Shown: positions 10,961 to 23,300 of the stretch, piece by piece
How positions within the stretch are numbered: the stretch's first letter is position 1
Layout of the letters: every line of letters starts with the position of its first letter
DNA from: Schizochytrium sp. TIO01
Taxonomy: Eukaryota; Protista; Bigyra: Labyrinthulomycetes
Direction of reading: 5' to 3'
NCBI GenBank assembly: GCA_004764695.1
Contig: SMSO01000004.1
Location: 1,612,001-1,676,000 of the forward strand
Length of the DNA: 64,000 nucleotides
Made by a program: the position numbers and the translations under genes
Notes under the pieces: generated by a model
What the model was told of the DNA's origin: nothing
The model's database searches: none
The model's input: only the letters and a program-made list of their open reading frames with translations

Positions 10961-13455
10961 CTAGTTATGCTCTGGCGGCGCAGTGTCACTATTACTAGTG
11001 TTCATTGCAGCGGCGACAACAGGTTTAGGACCACGTGCCCGCTTCGCAAATCGGCCAAGGGAATCATCTCGACCACTGATGCGCTTAACCTGAGCAGCAC
11101 GATAAGCATCGCCACTAAAAAAGTGACTAATCGGAAGTCTGCTAATATTAGGTTTTACCTTGGGAAGTATACACTCAGGTCCAGCAGGGGAATCTTTGCC
11201 TGGCATCAATTGCTTCGCAAGATGCATGTGACCAACACGTGGGCGATGACAGCCTTGACAATACTTTCGGGGATTCAGGTTTTCTATTGTACGCCAACTC
11301 TCAGCATATGATACTGTGACTGCGTCTGCAAGCGGAAGTACTTGATCAGTCGAATTCTCATGCTCCTGTTGTATTTGCTGCTGAGTAGTAGGCGAATCAG
11401 TTTGAATATGTGCCGATGAAGAGCCTTGCAAATGTGGGTCAATTGTGGAGGCAGGTTGATCATCCATGGCTGGATCTGGCGAATACATGGCAGAATAGTC
11501 TTGTCTCGCATGTGAATCAGCTAACTCCAGCTCGGATGTTAGCGCAAGCGGTGGCCGTGAACCCTTCGATATTGACAACGGCGCATAGATACGCTTCAAA
11601 AGTTCCAAAGTCGTGAGCTTTGTCGTATTATCTACTTCCGGGTCATCCTCAGCATCGGGAGGCAGCGGCATATCATGGTTCGTTGTTGCGTCAGGGCTAG
11701 ACGTAGCTACTCTGTTGTCGTGATGCATCCCAGGCGTTTGCAGAACTCCAGAGCTGAGGTTGTTCATCGAAAGAGTCTGGTCCTCGCCGTCATCATCAGA
11801 CCCGCCACCTCCACTCTCATCACTAGGGTCTTCATAGTCCACAAGCTTTTTGTTTAGAGACTGCAGGAGCTTAGTCTGATCATAAGAAAAACTGCTCTGT
11901 GCTGCGCGTTGATTGTCAATGTCTTTCAGTCCTGGTTCGAGTTGCTGAAGATACTTGATGCAAAGATCATCAAGGAATTTCTTCCAATGAGGAACCCGTT
12001 GTAACCATTAGGGGAATCAAACTCGCCAAACAAATCCGGGTTTCCTTGACTTGAAGCTTGCACAGGTTGCACACTTGAGATGCCACCGTCAGCTTCCTCT
12101 ATTGAATGATGGTCAAGATTCATTGGACTACTATTGAGAGGGGCTCTACTTGTAGTATTGGCTGGCAAGGAGGTGGAATCAATAGCACCAGAGGGAGCAT
12201 GCTCGGTGCTATCGTTAGGATCAGTCGGAGCCGTATCTTTTCCATTTGTCTCTTGATTTATCAGCGCAGGGTCACCGAGAAGCCCTTGTTCCTCAGCTTG
12301 TTTAATCTTAGTGAGATTACGAAGAGAGCGATCTGCCATACGCTGGCGTAGCGCCAGAGCTTCCTCAATAGACTTAACACCAGCTTTTTCCATGTGTGGT
12401 CGTAGAAACTCGTTCGCAATGTATTTCCACCGTTTAATCTTGCTACGGAGACGACTTGGCTTCTGTTGCGGATCATTTGCCCATTCTCGAAGTTTCTCAG
12501 GTGGAGCATCCGTGTCCACCTCATGCACTAGCTCGAAAACGTAATAAATGTTCATCTTCTTGTTAAAATGACGGAGCTTGTCCTTGCCAATATACTTTAG
12601 ATGCGGAAGGCATTCTTCTAGTGTCAAGCTGAGAAGGTAATCAGCTTCGTCCTCTCGAGCTTGTTCTTCTGGCGTGCGAGTCTCTAGCCCAGCAAGTTCT
12701 GCGAATTTGAGGATCTCTGGGTCTACACGCAAATCAGCCCCATCAAATGCATCTTCTTCAGGCTCATTAACAATATAAGAGTCGCCTGCAAGGTAGAGTG
12801 CCTTCAGCTCCTCGAAATGGCGAATATGGGCCTCTCTAAAACTACTCAAAGCCCATGGTGGGCTGAGCATCCATTGTGAATATAACGATATGCACACGCT
12901 CCTTTCCATCGCAACTTTGCGTCGGAGGATAACGCCGAAGTGCAAACGCACTGAGTGAGGGAAAAAACGTAGGACATCACTGCGCGTATTTCTAAAAGAG
13001 TTTCCACATTTGGCGCACCGATAAGTCCTTGAAAGAAGGTACCATGAGGAATTTGCGCCAAGCACCTCTCGCATACAACTGAGGCTCCAATGTCCTCGAT
13101 TCCCCTCAATGGTATTGAATTTTGTTCCCTTTGCAGTGCACGATGGGCACGGAATACGCATTTTCATCTCAGCAAACATTTTCTCGGGCCACCACACGCC
13201 TACGCCACGCACATGAAGAGCACTTGGACTCGAACCAGCCGTAAATGTAGGTCGTTGGATCCACGAAATTGTCCCGTCTGGTTTGCGGTCAAACTGAGCC
13301 CGACACTCTTCTAATGACATAGCCTCGACCTTGCGTTTGCACTCATGTATGAATTCCTCTTGTGCTTTGCTGATGGTCTTTTGTCTGCCTGCTTTGCGCT
13401 CTTTCCTTGCGCTGCTCTCGATAGTTTCCATCCCGCCTAGACCCCCCGACGCCAT
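10961..13455 (-). mobile_element. DUF6729-like transposon-related gene, frameshifted near 11982 and apparently lacking its catalytic core
   Basis: VWWPE..IPCPSC..REVLG..WYLLSRTYRCAKC..VLRFFPHSVRLHFGVILRRKVAM matches the DUF6729 pattern as I recall it. A -1 shift near 11982 joins ORF 11926-13584 to ORF 10961-11842 through KFLDDLCIKYLQQLEPGLKDIDNQRAAQSSFSYDQTK. C-terminal CxxC..H motif (YCQGCHRPRVGH). No TIRs found. Confidence 0.6.
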
Positions 13456-14984
13456 GGCGGCTCCACACGAAATAGCTTCAGGTCGACACAAACAACAACT
13501 ACAACCAAGCAAACAGACAGTCCATGCAAAACAAGTCAATATTTCCACCACCACTTGGCACCCAAGCCGCGTCTCCTCGGGCAATGCTCACGATACCTCT
13601 CTCCACGGCCCTCGTCAGTCGTAGTTAAGTCACTTCTTATTTTTTTACTTTCTTACGCTTTCGAAGTTATACTTCTATCTATTACCAGTACCAAGTATAG
13701 GTGCCTCTACAGGTAGCTAGGTTTTCTGCCATTCTTCGACATGGTATAACTGGGTCATGTACTACCAATTCAAATTACTACTAATAGTAGTAACTGTACC
13801 TACCTACCTTTAGAACTCTACTCTCTAAAAAGAATGCATGACAGCTCAATTTCTAGTCCGGTACAGAGTAACCTTGGTATGTCTACTGACTGCTTTTAGG
13901 TGCGAGAGAGGTGTTCTATGCTATCATGATTTCCTGCTGCAATCAAATGCCTAATTGAATATAAAAAGGACTGTCAGTGCTGCAGAGAAAAACGCACGAT
14001 ATGACTGTGCTACGAGAAAGGATCATAGTAATTATACACTATCTTACTTGAATGTAGATATCGAATACGTTCAATTCTCTCTACTTTCTCTATTCCTTTG
14101 GTGGCAACTATGTCAAAACTGTACAGATTAATCAGACTTGGAATTCCTGCGATGGAAAAATGCAAAAGAACTGAGAAAACGCATGTGTAAAACTACGCGT
14201 AAGCCTTGTCAGGCCTCAAGCTTTTGGCGGAAGCAGGCAAAAGCCAATTTAAAATCGTGCTGAGGACGTGGTCAATGAGGCTTCTATTTCTATGTACTGT
14301 GCACAAGTACGAGCATTGAATTGACTACCACGTTCATAATTATGCATATGAGAACCACATGTATGCCTTTTATAGGCAAAACTGTGCAGCCGGGTTGACG
14401 AAGCAGCTAGCTGCAAAGGGGGATGTGAAGGGCATCGAAAGAGCAACCCCTAAAATTATAAATAATGAGGGGTTAAGGAAATATGTTTCGCCTCATAGGG
14501 TGTCAATTAATTAAACTGACCGTGATACATATAATCTTTGGAAAATCAGTACAATCAAAATATGGTTTATCAACTCAAGGGATGAACAACGCTTTAAAGA
14601 GCCATAACTCGTGTAAAGTAAAAGAGACGAGGACATTAATGAAGAGAAAAACGAAGAGGAAAACGAAGAGAAATTGGAGACGAAGAGTTATGGTGCCTGG
14701 TGGCTCCTGATACATCATATGTTCGAAATGAACAGATACACGCTCCTGTAGTTCCATATCAGTGTATTTATGTGGAGAGCGCCATCCAAACAATTCTTTT
14801 AACCCTTTGAACTCAAGCATACGAACGCAGACAAAGTCTCAAGTACTTCAGATCAGACCTCAGCAAAACCAAAACATCGCCAAGTCCCGCCAAACACAGA
14901 AACAATCAACAAGAATCTCTGGCATTCTACTATAGAATCAGCAAGTCAAATTGTCCTTTATTTGTCTCCTTCGAAAAGCGAACC

Positions 14985-15707
14985 ATGCATTTTTCAGTTG
15001 CTTTTGCTCTTTTACAGCTTCTCGCGCTTGCTATGACAAGCAATGCAGCAAGTTTACGAAGCAATGAGCAAGACGTTCAATCAGTCGAAAGTAAACCTAG
15101 TACAGAGTTCTCCACTATTGAACGCTCACTTACGCAGGCTGAGGCTATCACAGATACTTGCGAAGCCTTTGAGCTCATTGGAGATGGATTTTGTCGTGAG
15201 ACTGAAGCTGGCACTGGCACAGGCAAGTTCAACCTGTACAACAACATCTACTCTCAGGAGGACTGTGAAAAGCTCTGCCGCGACTACGAAGGCTGCACCG
15301 GATATGAATACGATGAGCGTGAACATCGCCATACTTGCGAAGTTCATCGTGGCAGCGTCGAAGGCTACGCAGCAAAGGATGGTGTCAAGTGCTACAAGCT
15401 CAAGAAGAACCCTTACCGTATCTACGCCAAGGGATACTGCCGTTGGAACTACAGTGACTCCGGAGCTCCTGTCCCACATAACAAGGAGGACATTGATGTG
15501 TTCTGCAACGATAAGCACCCTTGCACTCTGGCACATTGTGCTGCAGAGTGTGAATATCTTGATTGGTGCAAGCATTTTGAGTTCAAGCCGAAGGAGAACC
15601 CGTACTATACCGACATTGTAGGTCAATGCACTCACTTCAAGAAGGACGTCACAGCTTATAAGGCCTCCAAGTACGCCACCTGCTACGAAACTTGTTTATA
15701 TATTTAG
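14985..15707 (+). CDS. Secreted Cys-rich protein with two PAN/apple-like domains (copy 1)
   Basis: Signal peptide MHFSVAFALLQLLALAMTSNA; PAN-like cores SQEDCEKLCRDYEGCTGYEY...CEVH and LAHCAAECEYLDWCKHFEF...CTHF. Confidence 0.85.
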   Translation: MHFSVAFALLQLLALAMTSNAASLRSNEQDVQSVESKPSTEFSTIERSLTQAEAITDTCEAFELIGDGFCRETEAGTGTGKFNLYNNIYSQEDCEKLCRDYEGCTGYEYDEREHRHTCEVHRGSVEGYAAKDGVKCYKLKKNPYRIYAKGYCRWNYSDSGAPVPHNKEDIDVFCNDKHPCTLAHCAAECEYLDWCKHFEFKPKENPYYTDIVGQCTHFKKDVTAYKASKYATCYETCLYI

Positions 15708-17481
15708 ATATAATCATTCTCACTAACCAGAGCTTTTAAATTTTAAGTGATTTATCATGAGCAGTCTTTCCCAAAACGCCATAAAACTATTTCCTACTTT
15801 GTTCTGTTTTGAAAAAAAGTTTAAAACTTTCGGTTTGTAATTTTCTACGGTGCTAAAATCTACAAGAGACGAGTCCCCCCCTCACACACATAAACAAAAT
15901 CATAAAGAACGTCACAATGTCAGCACTGGTTATAGTGCTGCTACATAGATCTAGGTAGATATTAGATTAATGAGTTGATGAGGTCTCGCAAATGTAATAT
16001 GTAATAATAGAAACGGAGAATTGCATATTATAACCTAATGGTTAATTAAGCTTATGACAACCCTACACAAGTCTTTTATTATATAAACCGGGTATAGTCC
16101 TCCTTCTACAGCGGTGTGAAGCCGGTGTGATTTAGAACTTGGGACATCCCAAGATACGAATCTCAGTATCTTTCTCTCTTCTTTGCAACAATAAGAACAA
16201 CAGAGTCCAACCAAGGAAGAAATAGACACCAGATGAAGAAATACGATTGAGACTGAAGAGAAGGAACAAATTCATCAATCTAGCAAAAATCATTTGCAAA
16301 GATTACGTTCTGACTGCAGCAGAAACATGAGCGAAGAGAAGGATTCGATTGGCCCTTTTAACAGTTTCTAAGGTGCATTTGTTAGAAATAAAAAAGAAGA
16401 CGATAAATTGGGTTTGAGAAAATGCGTATGAAGAGATGGAAAATTGTAACGAACAACGAAGAGACCAAATCAGCTCAAAGTTCATGACCTCGCTCTTTAA
16501 GGTGAAGGCAACAACACAAAGGAGTTAGGGAGTAAGCTAGTTTCTGTACAAGCAATCAAATCACTTGCAAATCATCGTGCGTATGAATCCAAACATGTCA
16601 TCGCGGTAATCTAGCCCAAAGCTTACCACAAGTACCCTTCTTGTGCAACCAGACCCGCAACTCTAGTCCAAGACAAACCCACAACTCAAAACATACCAAC
16701 AATATAGAGCCTATCCAGCCCTGACCTTCACAGCCAAAGACTGGAGTACTATCTTATCGACAAGATGTTTATGAAAGTTTCTCGCAAAATCGCACTGCTT
16801 ACGATCATGCAACTTCTTGCTCTCGCATTTGTGTGCAAAGCAACGAGTCTGCGCGCTACCAAGAGTGAAGGAGCTCTTGTTCCCGAGTCCACTTCCTCAA
16901 GCTCTCGCAAATTGACAAAGTACGAAGACCCGACCCCTGAAGAATGTGAGACTATCGAATTTGTAGGCAGTGGTTTCTGCCGCGAGACTGAAGCTGGCAC
17001 TGGCACAGGCAAGTTCAACCTGTACAACAACATCTACTCTCAGGAGGACTGTGAAAAGCTCTGCCGCGACTACGAAGGCTGCACCGGATATGAATACGAT
17101 GAGCGTGAACATCGCCATACTTGCGAAGTTCATCGTGGCAGCGTCGAAGGCTACGCAGCAAAGGATGGTGTCAAGTGCTACAAGCTCAAGAAGAACCCTT
17201 ACCGTATCTACGCCAAGGGATACTGCCGTTGGAACTACAGTGACTCCGGAGCTCCTGTCCCACATAACAAGGAGGACATTGATGTGTTCTGCAACGATAA
17301 GCACCCTTGCACTCTGGCACATTGTGCTGCAGAGTGTGAATATCTTGATTGGTGCAAGCATTTTGAGTTCAAGCCGAAGGAGAACCCGTACTATACCGAC
17401 ATTGTAGGTCAATGCACGCACTTCAAGAAGGACGTCACAGCTTATAAGGCCTCCAAGTACGCCACCTGCTACGAAACTTGT
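15198..17481 (+). repeat. Direct repeat pair 15198-15695 / 16984-17481 (498 bp, offset 1786)
   Basis: By-eye alignment from GAGACTGAAGCTGG to GAAACTTGT; only one difference seen (synonymous ACT/ACG Thr). Confidence 0.9.
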
Positions 17482-17487
17482 GTGTAA
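16765..17487 (+). CDS. Secreted Cys-rich protein with two PAN/apple-like domains (copy 2)
   Basis: Signal peptide (IALLTIMQLLALAFVCKA); the region from ETEAG onward is identical in protein to copy 1 up to the final residues. Confidence 0.85.
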   Translation: MFMKVSRKIALLTIMQLLALAFVCKATSLRATKSEGALVPESTSSSSRKLTKYEDPTPEECETIEFVGSGFCRETEAGTGTGKFNLYNNIYSQEDCEKLCRDYEGCTGYEYDEREHRHTCEVHRGSVEGYAAKDGVKCYKLKKNPYRIYAKGYCRWNYSDSGAPVPHNKEDIDVFCNDKHPCTLAHCAAECEYLDWCKHFEFKPKENPYYTDIVGQCTHFKKDVTAYKASKYATCYETCV

Positions 17488-19012
17488 TCAACCTCGAATT
17501 GAACCTCACACGAATAAAGAAGAAGAGCATTTCTCGTATTACAAAATTGTCATTAATTTTTTTCATTTCGATTTTTCAAAAACCTCATTGCATACAACAA
17601 AGGCAGAGGTTATACCTTATATATATGTTCTATCGATAGCAACTGACGAACAAGCGCCAGATTTGCTATGTGCTATCTGATGGTAAACCTGCAGAGTAAC
17701 TTTTGGGAAATTATTTTTAGACAAATCGTTCCATTGCACATAGCTCATATCTGACAATACGTAAATTGCAAGCGTCGCTTAAGATCCTAATCCTTCAATT
17801 TCCATCCTTAGCTGCAAAACATTTCTTCAAAACCTCCAATGCTTTGAGAAAATGATAGAGTTATCTAGCTAGTTATTAAGCAGGGGTGGGGGTGGGGGGC
17901 ATACGAGATCGCATATGCATTTTGATTTTTAGCTTTCCAAGCAAATTCCGGTCTTAAGATGTGGCGGTTTGTAAAAAGGCTGTAAATCCCTCAAAGTTCA
18001 TCACCATCATTACTAACAATAATAACAAAGTAGTGCCTACTCTTAGGAATTACCTCAAGGTTGTGCACCTCCGCCAACAATGCGAACCATAGAGGTCTGC
18101 CCCCTCCATTAGCTAGTTATTACTTCTCCTCCTCCTCCTCCTCCTCGCCAACAGCGTGGTTATCCATATTTATGCTAAGAGAGCTCCATGTACCAACCAC
18201 CCCATCTTTAGTTTTTTCATGGAGTGTTTGCTCATTTTCACGATCTCCTCCCACCAAGAGCTGACCATTATCATCATCACGCTAATACCTTACGAAATCA
18301 TCGTCATCATTCATCGTAGTCGTGACCTTCAAGTTTCCCTCTGCAGGGTCCCCCTCAAGTACCTTAAAAGACACCGTAGTAGTCCCAATGTAGCGATGAG
18401 TTAATAACCTTTGTTCGTTTAGAAACGCACTGGACCCGAAAAGCGTCCCAGCGAAATGCGCGGTGTCTCCGAACCTAGCGGGGAAGCTGCCTCGAAGGCG
18501 GTGGAAATTGGGGCTGCAGATGGCACCGAGAGCCTCCCTCAGGTCGTCCCCCATCTGTTGAAAGATCGATTGATGTATCAAGGGTACGAGCAGGCAGACG
18601 CGCAGTACCGAAGTCCTTGGATCTTTGGTCTCAGAACGGGCTTGACATCTTCGGTGTACTGTGGAGATGCAGCGTGCATGCTGGCTATGCATGATGGTGA
18701 TGATAATGATGGTGATGGTGATGATTCAGGTTGGGCGGAAGGCGTCTGTCGATAGATGGGATGCTGAAGTGGCAGCGCCCTATCTATCTTTGAGGATTTG
18801 CTTTCGTTTAGAATCTTGGTAGTGAGGCAGTCAGGTATTGTAAAGGAGATTTCTACTTTATGAGACGTCACGGGAGCTGCCTTACAGTTAGCAGGGGGAA
18901 CTTGCAATTGATACCAAGAAGCAAGCAAAACCTTAATCTCAGGCGGAAAAAGGGAAACTCCAAAGCGTGAAGGCTGAGACCAGTGATTACTTCAGTCCAC
19001 GGAAATTTAAGA

Positions 19013-19861
19013 ATGCTGGGCAAAGGGTTGGAGAAAGATAAGCTTCCCAAGAACGGAGAGCACTGTTCAAAGAAATGGAAGGTTTTTGTGCTGCAACGGG
19101 TCTTACTCGCCATGATGCTGGTGATCTTTGTGGGGTTTGTGCATGTTACTAAGATCCGTGGCATTCGTTCATTTCAATACGGCAAGAGAGTGGAGGAAAC
19201 GATGCTGCTAGACGAAGATCTTGAAGATCTTGAAGATCTTGAAGATGATGAAGCAGTGCTCGCAACTCCAGATATTCTTACAAATCTTATGCCAAACGTA
19301 AGCTCGTCTTGTGAAGGCTTCAGTTTTGTAAATCATGGCCGCTGTCTCACTAGCAAACACGATGCAGAAGATTTTGCCGGATCTACATACGAAATTTTCC
19401 CTAATGTTACGTCTCGAACTATATGCGAGGATCTCTGTGAGGAATATCCGGGATGTACAGGTTTTGCGTATGATTATCGTGAAGCAATGCAAACTTGTGA
19501 GTTATTCACGCGCGAGGTCCAGTCCGTCGACCAGGAACAAGGTATCTGGTGCTTCAAACGATCACAGGAAGCTTTTGGCCTTCTTGGTGAGGGATACTGT
19601 CACAAAAGCGGCGATGGAACTCGAAATACTGCATCAGCAAATGACTATGTGACCTACTGCAACGTGGACTTTCCTTGCGCACAGGAAGAATGCGAGAGCT
19701 TCTGCTCACAGAATGGTTGGTGCAGGTTTTATGAATTTACCCAAACCAGGACGGATTTTGATGATGTGCAAGTGGGTCGATGCAACCTCTTTCAGAGCGA
19801 CATTGACTCGGCACGTCCTTCTAAGCGTGCCAGCTGTTACGCAAAAATTTGTATTCGATAA
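19013..19861 (+). CDS. Type II membrane-anchored protein with two PAN/apple-like domains (diverged paralogue)
   Basis: Basic N-terminus, TM segment VLLAMMLVIFVGFVHV, acidic (EDL)n stalk, then the same Cys spacing (ICEDLCEEYPGCTGFAY...CELF; CESFCSQNGWCRFYEF...CNLF). First ATG is 19013. Confidence 0.8.
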   Translation: MLGKGLEKDKLPKNGEHCSKKWKVFVLQRVLLAMMLVIFVGFVHVTKIRGIRSFQYGKRVEETMLLDEDLEDLEDLEDDEAVLATPDILTNLMPNVSSSCEGFSFVNHGRCLTSKHDAEDFAGSTYEIFPNVTSRTICEDLCEEYPGCTGFAYDYREAMQTCELFTREVQSVDQEQGIWCFKRSQEAFGLLGEGYCHKSGDGTRNTASANDYVTYCNVDFPCAQEECESFCSQNGWCRFYEFTQTRTDFDDVQVGRCNLFQSDIDSARPSKRASCYAKICIR

Positions 19862-20381
19862 TAAGAATCTTCACGCACAAGCATGGTGCGACAAGACCTT
19901 TCAGAAGCCATGCAAGGTAGACAGATACTCTTTATAATACTTGCAGAATTGTCTTCGCGCTTGAGAGGGCACCTTTGAAATACTTTCAAAAGTAAATAAA
20001 TTTTGTTGTTTTTATTTGTTCGTTCGTATGTATGTATGTTTGTTTGTTTAATGACTTCCATTCATTTTGAAATTAGCTCTCGAATAAAATCTAGTACAGT
20101 GTAATCTTTTTGGAAGCATCCCGTAGGATATTGCGCAAGTAAATCCGTATACGAAAGACTTTGTGTGTTATTTGTAAAGCAATTCAAAGAAATCTGTGTA
20201 CGTACTTATATGGGTGAATGTGCTCGTGTAAATATTCAACTTTTCGTAAAGAAAAGGGGAAATTACGAAGCACTACGTAGGTTGATACAACTGAAAAAGC
20301 AACAAAAGAAGACAAAAGAAAAGGGAAAAGACAATAGACCAAACAAAAAACGCTTGTAGATGTATATGCTTTCGTTCGTGA

Positions 20382-23300
20382 TTATGGCGTCGTATTGTAA
20401 CCGGGCGGAAGAAACTCATTAAACTCCCGCATGAGTTCAGGGTCACCGTTGAAGATCTGCTTAACTTGCTCAATGACCTGAGGCACGTGCAAAGTACGGT
20501 TTTTAAAGTGGCCCATAATGACGAGAAAGTCTCGGTACACAGAGTCGTCATGCGCAAACTTAGTTTTCACCTTGCGCAGGAACGCGAGAGCCATCTCGCG
20601 TTTTTCGACAGATGGCTCCTGGCCAGGAGCGTTATTAGCTGTTGCTGCTGGAGCTGGCGTGGCAGCTGCAGGCGCGTATGAGGCTTGCTTACGGCGACGC
20701 TTGCCAGTAGCGCTGTCCGCATCCTCCTCATCGGAATCATCATCCTGGCCCTGTCCACGTCGCTTGCGGCGTTTTGTGGGTGCCACCTCATTCTCAAACC
20801 GCTTGGGTTTTTTCCGGTTGCGCCCACGCCGCTGCAGTTGTTTCTCTTCGTGCTCCTTGGCAGCCTCGTCCTCTGAATCTGATTCATCCGGGTCTGCATC
20901 CATCTTAGCAAGCGGGTTCACAAGGCCTGCAAGATGAGCCACAACGTTACGTGCCAGAGATGTGCGATCCACTCGCATCATGCGAGCATCGATCGACTTG
21001 TCAATGCGGCCGTAGCCTCCTTCGAGCACGGAAACCACGCGACCCTTACAGCAAATGTTGGCCACCTTGGAGAGCTGTCCTGCGATCCACATAAAGTCTT
21101 GTTGCTGCAGATCAAATCCTGAGCAGAAATGGCCCATGAAGCGTCCATTTCCAACGTCGCGGCGACCGGCATCAAATCCTGCAGAGACGAGAATCAGATC
21201 AGGCTGAAACGCTCTCACGGGCGGAAGAAGGCGCTCCTTGACAATACGACGAAACTCAGTGCGTCCAAAGTGGTCGAAGTAGAATCGTTGTGCCCAGTTA
21301 CGACGTCCTCGCTTCGGTGCTAGCGGATCCTCGGGCTCAGGGGCTCGCGGATTGCTTGCTTCCACGGCTTCCTCTGCGTCTCCAAAGTGGCATCATCGGC
21401 GCGTTGATAATGTTGCCTAAGGCGTCGCTGTGTTGGCCACTTCCAGGGTAAAATTCATAAGCGCCGTTGGGTCTTGCTCCATCGAAAACGTGGGACGAGA
21501 AGAAGAGCACGGGTGGGTTGGGCTTCTCGCCTCGAGCTCTTTGCGCCGCCATAGTTGATTTGTTAAGCTTCGCAACGATCTCCTGTGTGCCGTTTCCGTG
21601 ATGGACGTCAAAGTCTACAATTGCAATTTTGCGAATGGTTTCCGGGTACTTTTCCATCGCGTGCATGACACCCACCATGACGTTGTTGAAGATACAAAAA
21701 CCGCATGAGCTTGCTGAGTCTAGTAGTCCCTCAAGCCCCGCGTGGTGTCCCGGAGGTCTTACAATGCAAAACGCGTTTCTGTGTTTGCCATCAACGACAT
21801 GATCAATTGCATGGCACACTGCGCCGCTTGCCCGGAAGCGCCGCTGAAAGTGATCCTGCCGAGAAACTTGTATCAGAGTACTCCGCTCGTTTGACTTCCT
21901 TAGTCTTAGCCTTCTTCACATCCGACTGCACTCGGGGGGTGAACGCTACCGGGTTCTTGCCCTGAAGTTCATCTGAGAGCGCATAGACCATATTCACATA
22001 CTTGGCTTCGTGCACCTTGGTAATCTTCTCGCGTTCTGCAGGCGGGAATTTGGAGCTGATCAGGACGGAGCTAAAGCTTTCGCTACCTGCGAGCTCCTCG
22101 AGAATCGCCGCGATACGTTCCGGTGCCTCCCACACGTCGCGATCGTCGTCTCCAACAGGAACGTGGTCGAAGCAGTCAGGGTGATGAAGTACGAGTGTCC
22201 GGAAAAACTTGCTCGTGTTCCAAAATTCCAGTTGCACCTTATTCCGTACATCATGATTCAACCTTCCAGAGACGTCGCGACCTGCTGCATCAAATGCAGT
22301 TTCGCCTTCGAGATTTCGTGCCACAAGTGCCGGAGGAGGTGAGATTTCACCGATCTCCTGCTCCGGAATCAAAGCTAAAGCAGCATCCTTGCGCTTCTGC
22401 AGCGCGTCAGGAAGCTTCTGGCCAGTTGGAGTGAGGATTGACAGTGCCGGCCTCGTTGAACTTGACGAGGCCGTTGTCGAGGTTGTGTTGGATGGTCCTG
22501 AGACGCCAGCCTCAGTCTTAACAGTCTCTGCGTGCTTCTCGACAATGCGAGTAATGAGGTGCTTGACAACTTCAGCATGTCCCGCACGGCTTGCAAGATG
22601 CAAGGGGGTGTCGCCTTCGTTGTTTGCGAGCGAGAGCAGCGCAACGTCATTTGCGCCAAGGTCGTCGAGCACCGTAAGCTGGCCGTTAAGAGCGGCCCAG
22701 TGAAGAGCTGCGTTGCCAACGCGGTCAACAGGGGTGACCCGAGCTCCGCCACGAAGGAGCTCTAGCACGAGATCGCGGTCAAGCTTACCTTTCTCGCACG
22801 AGACAGCGGCCATGAGCGTGCTAAAGCCGTCACGGGTTTCGTTCACGACCTTCTCACGAGTAGCACTGTCATCGATGCTGGCAATCGTTGCACGCACGCA
22901 GTCAGTGTCACCATCGAGGACGCATTTTCTGAGCTCGAGACACTTCTGCTCGAGCAGAGAAGGACCATCGGATTCTGAGGCCTCAACGCCACTGGCACCG
23001 TTAGAGCCAGCTCCCTCGGTCTTTACAGCCGAGGCGGGCTTGGATTTGGTGCCATTGGAAGCAACAACATCGCCTTGGTCAGCTTTGTCTGCAGAAGTAT
23101 CCATGGAATCAGAATCTGATGATTTTTTCTTCTCCGCGTCTGATGCAGATGTTGGCCCCGTTGCTCCACCTCCTGAGATTGCGGACGCAGTGGAAGCGTT
23201 GGCGCCAGCAGCTGTTGAGGCTGAAGAGTCGGCGTTAGTGGCAGAGGTTGTGTTTCCGTTGTTGATTGGTGCGGAGGATAATGGTGCATCGCCCTTATTA

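Noticed and set aside
15043-17421. Alternative-frame and antisense ORFs over the PAN genes; likewise those over the HDAC, RPL18, SDR, Lys-rich and PUF-like genes
   Set aside because: Shadows produced by biased codon usage in the true genes.
18061-18930. Overlapping short ORFs with acidic or Ser-rich runs
   Set aside because: Possibly a pseudogene, but there is no consistent frame or family motif.
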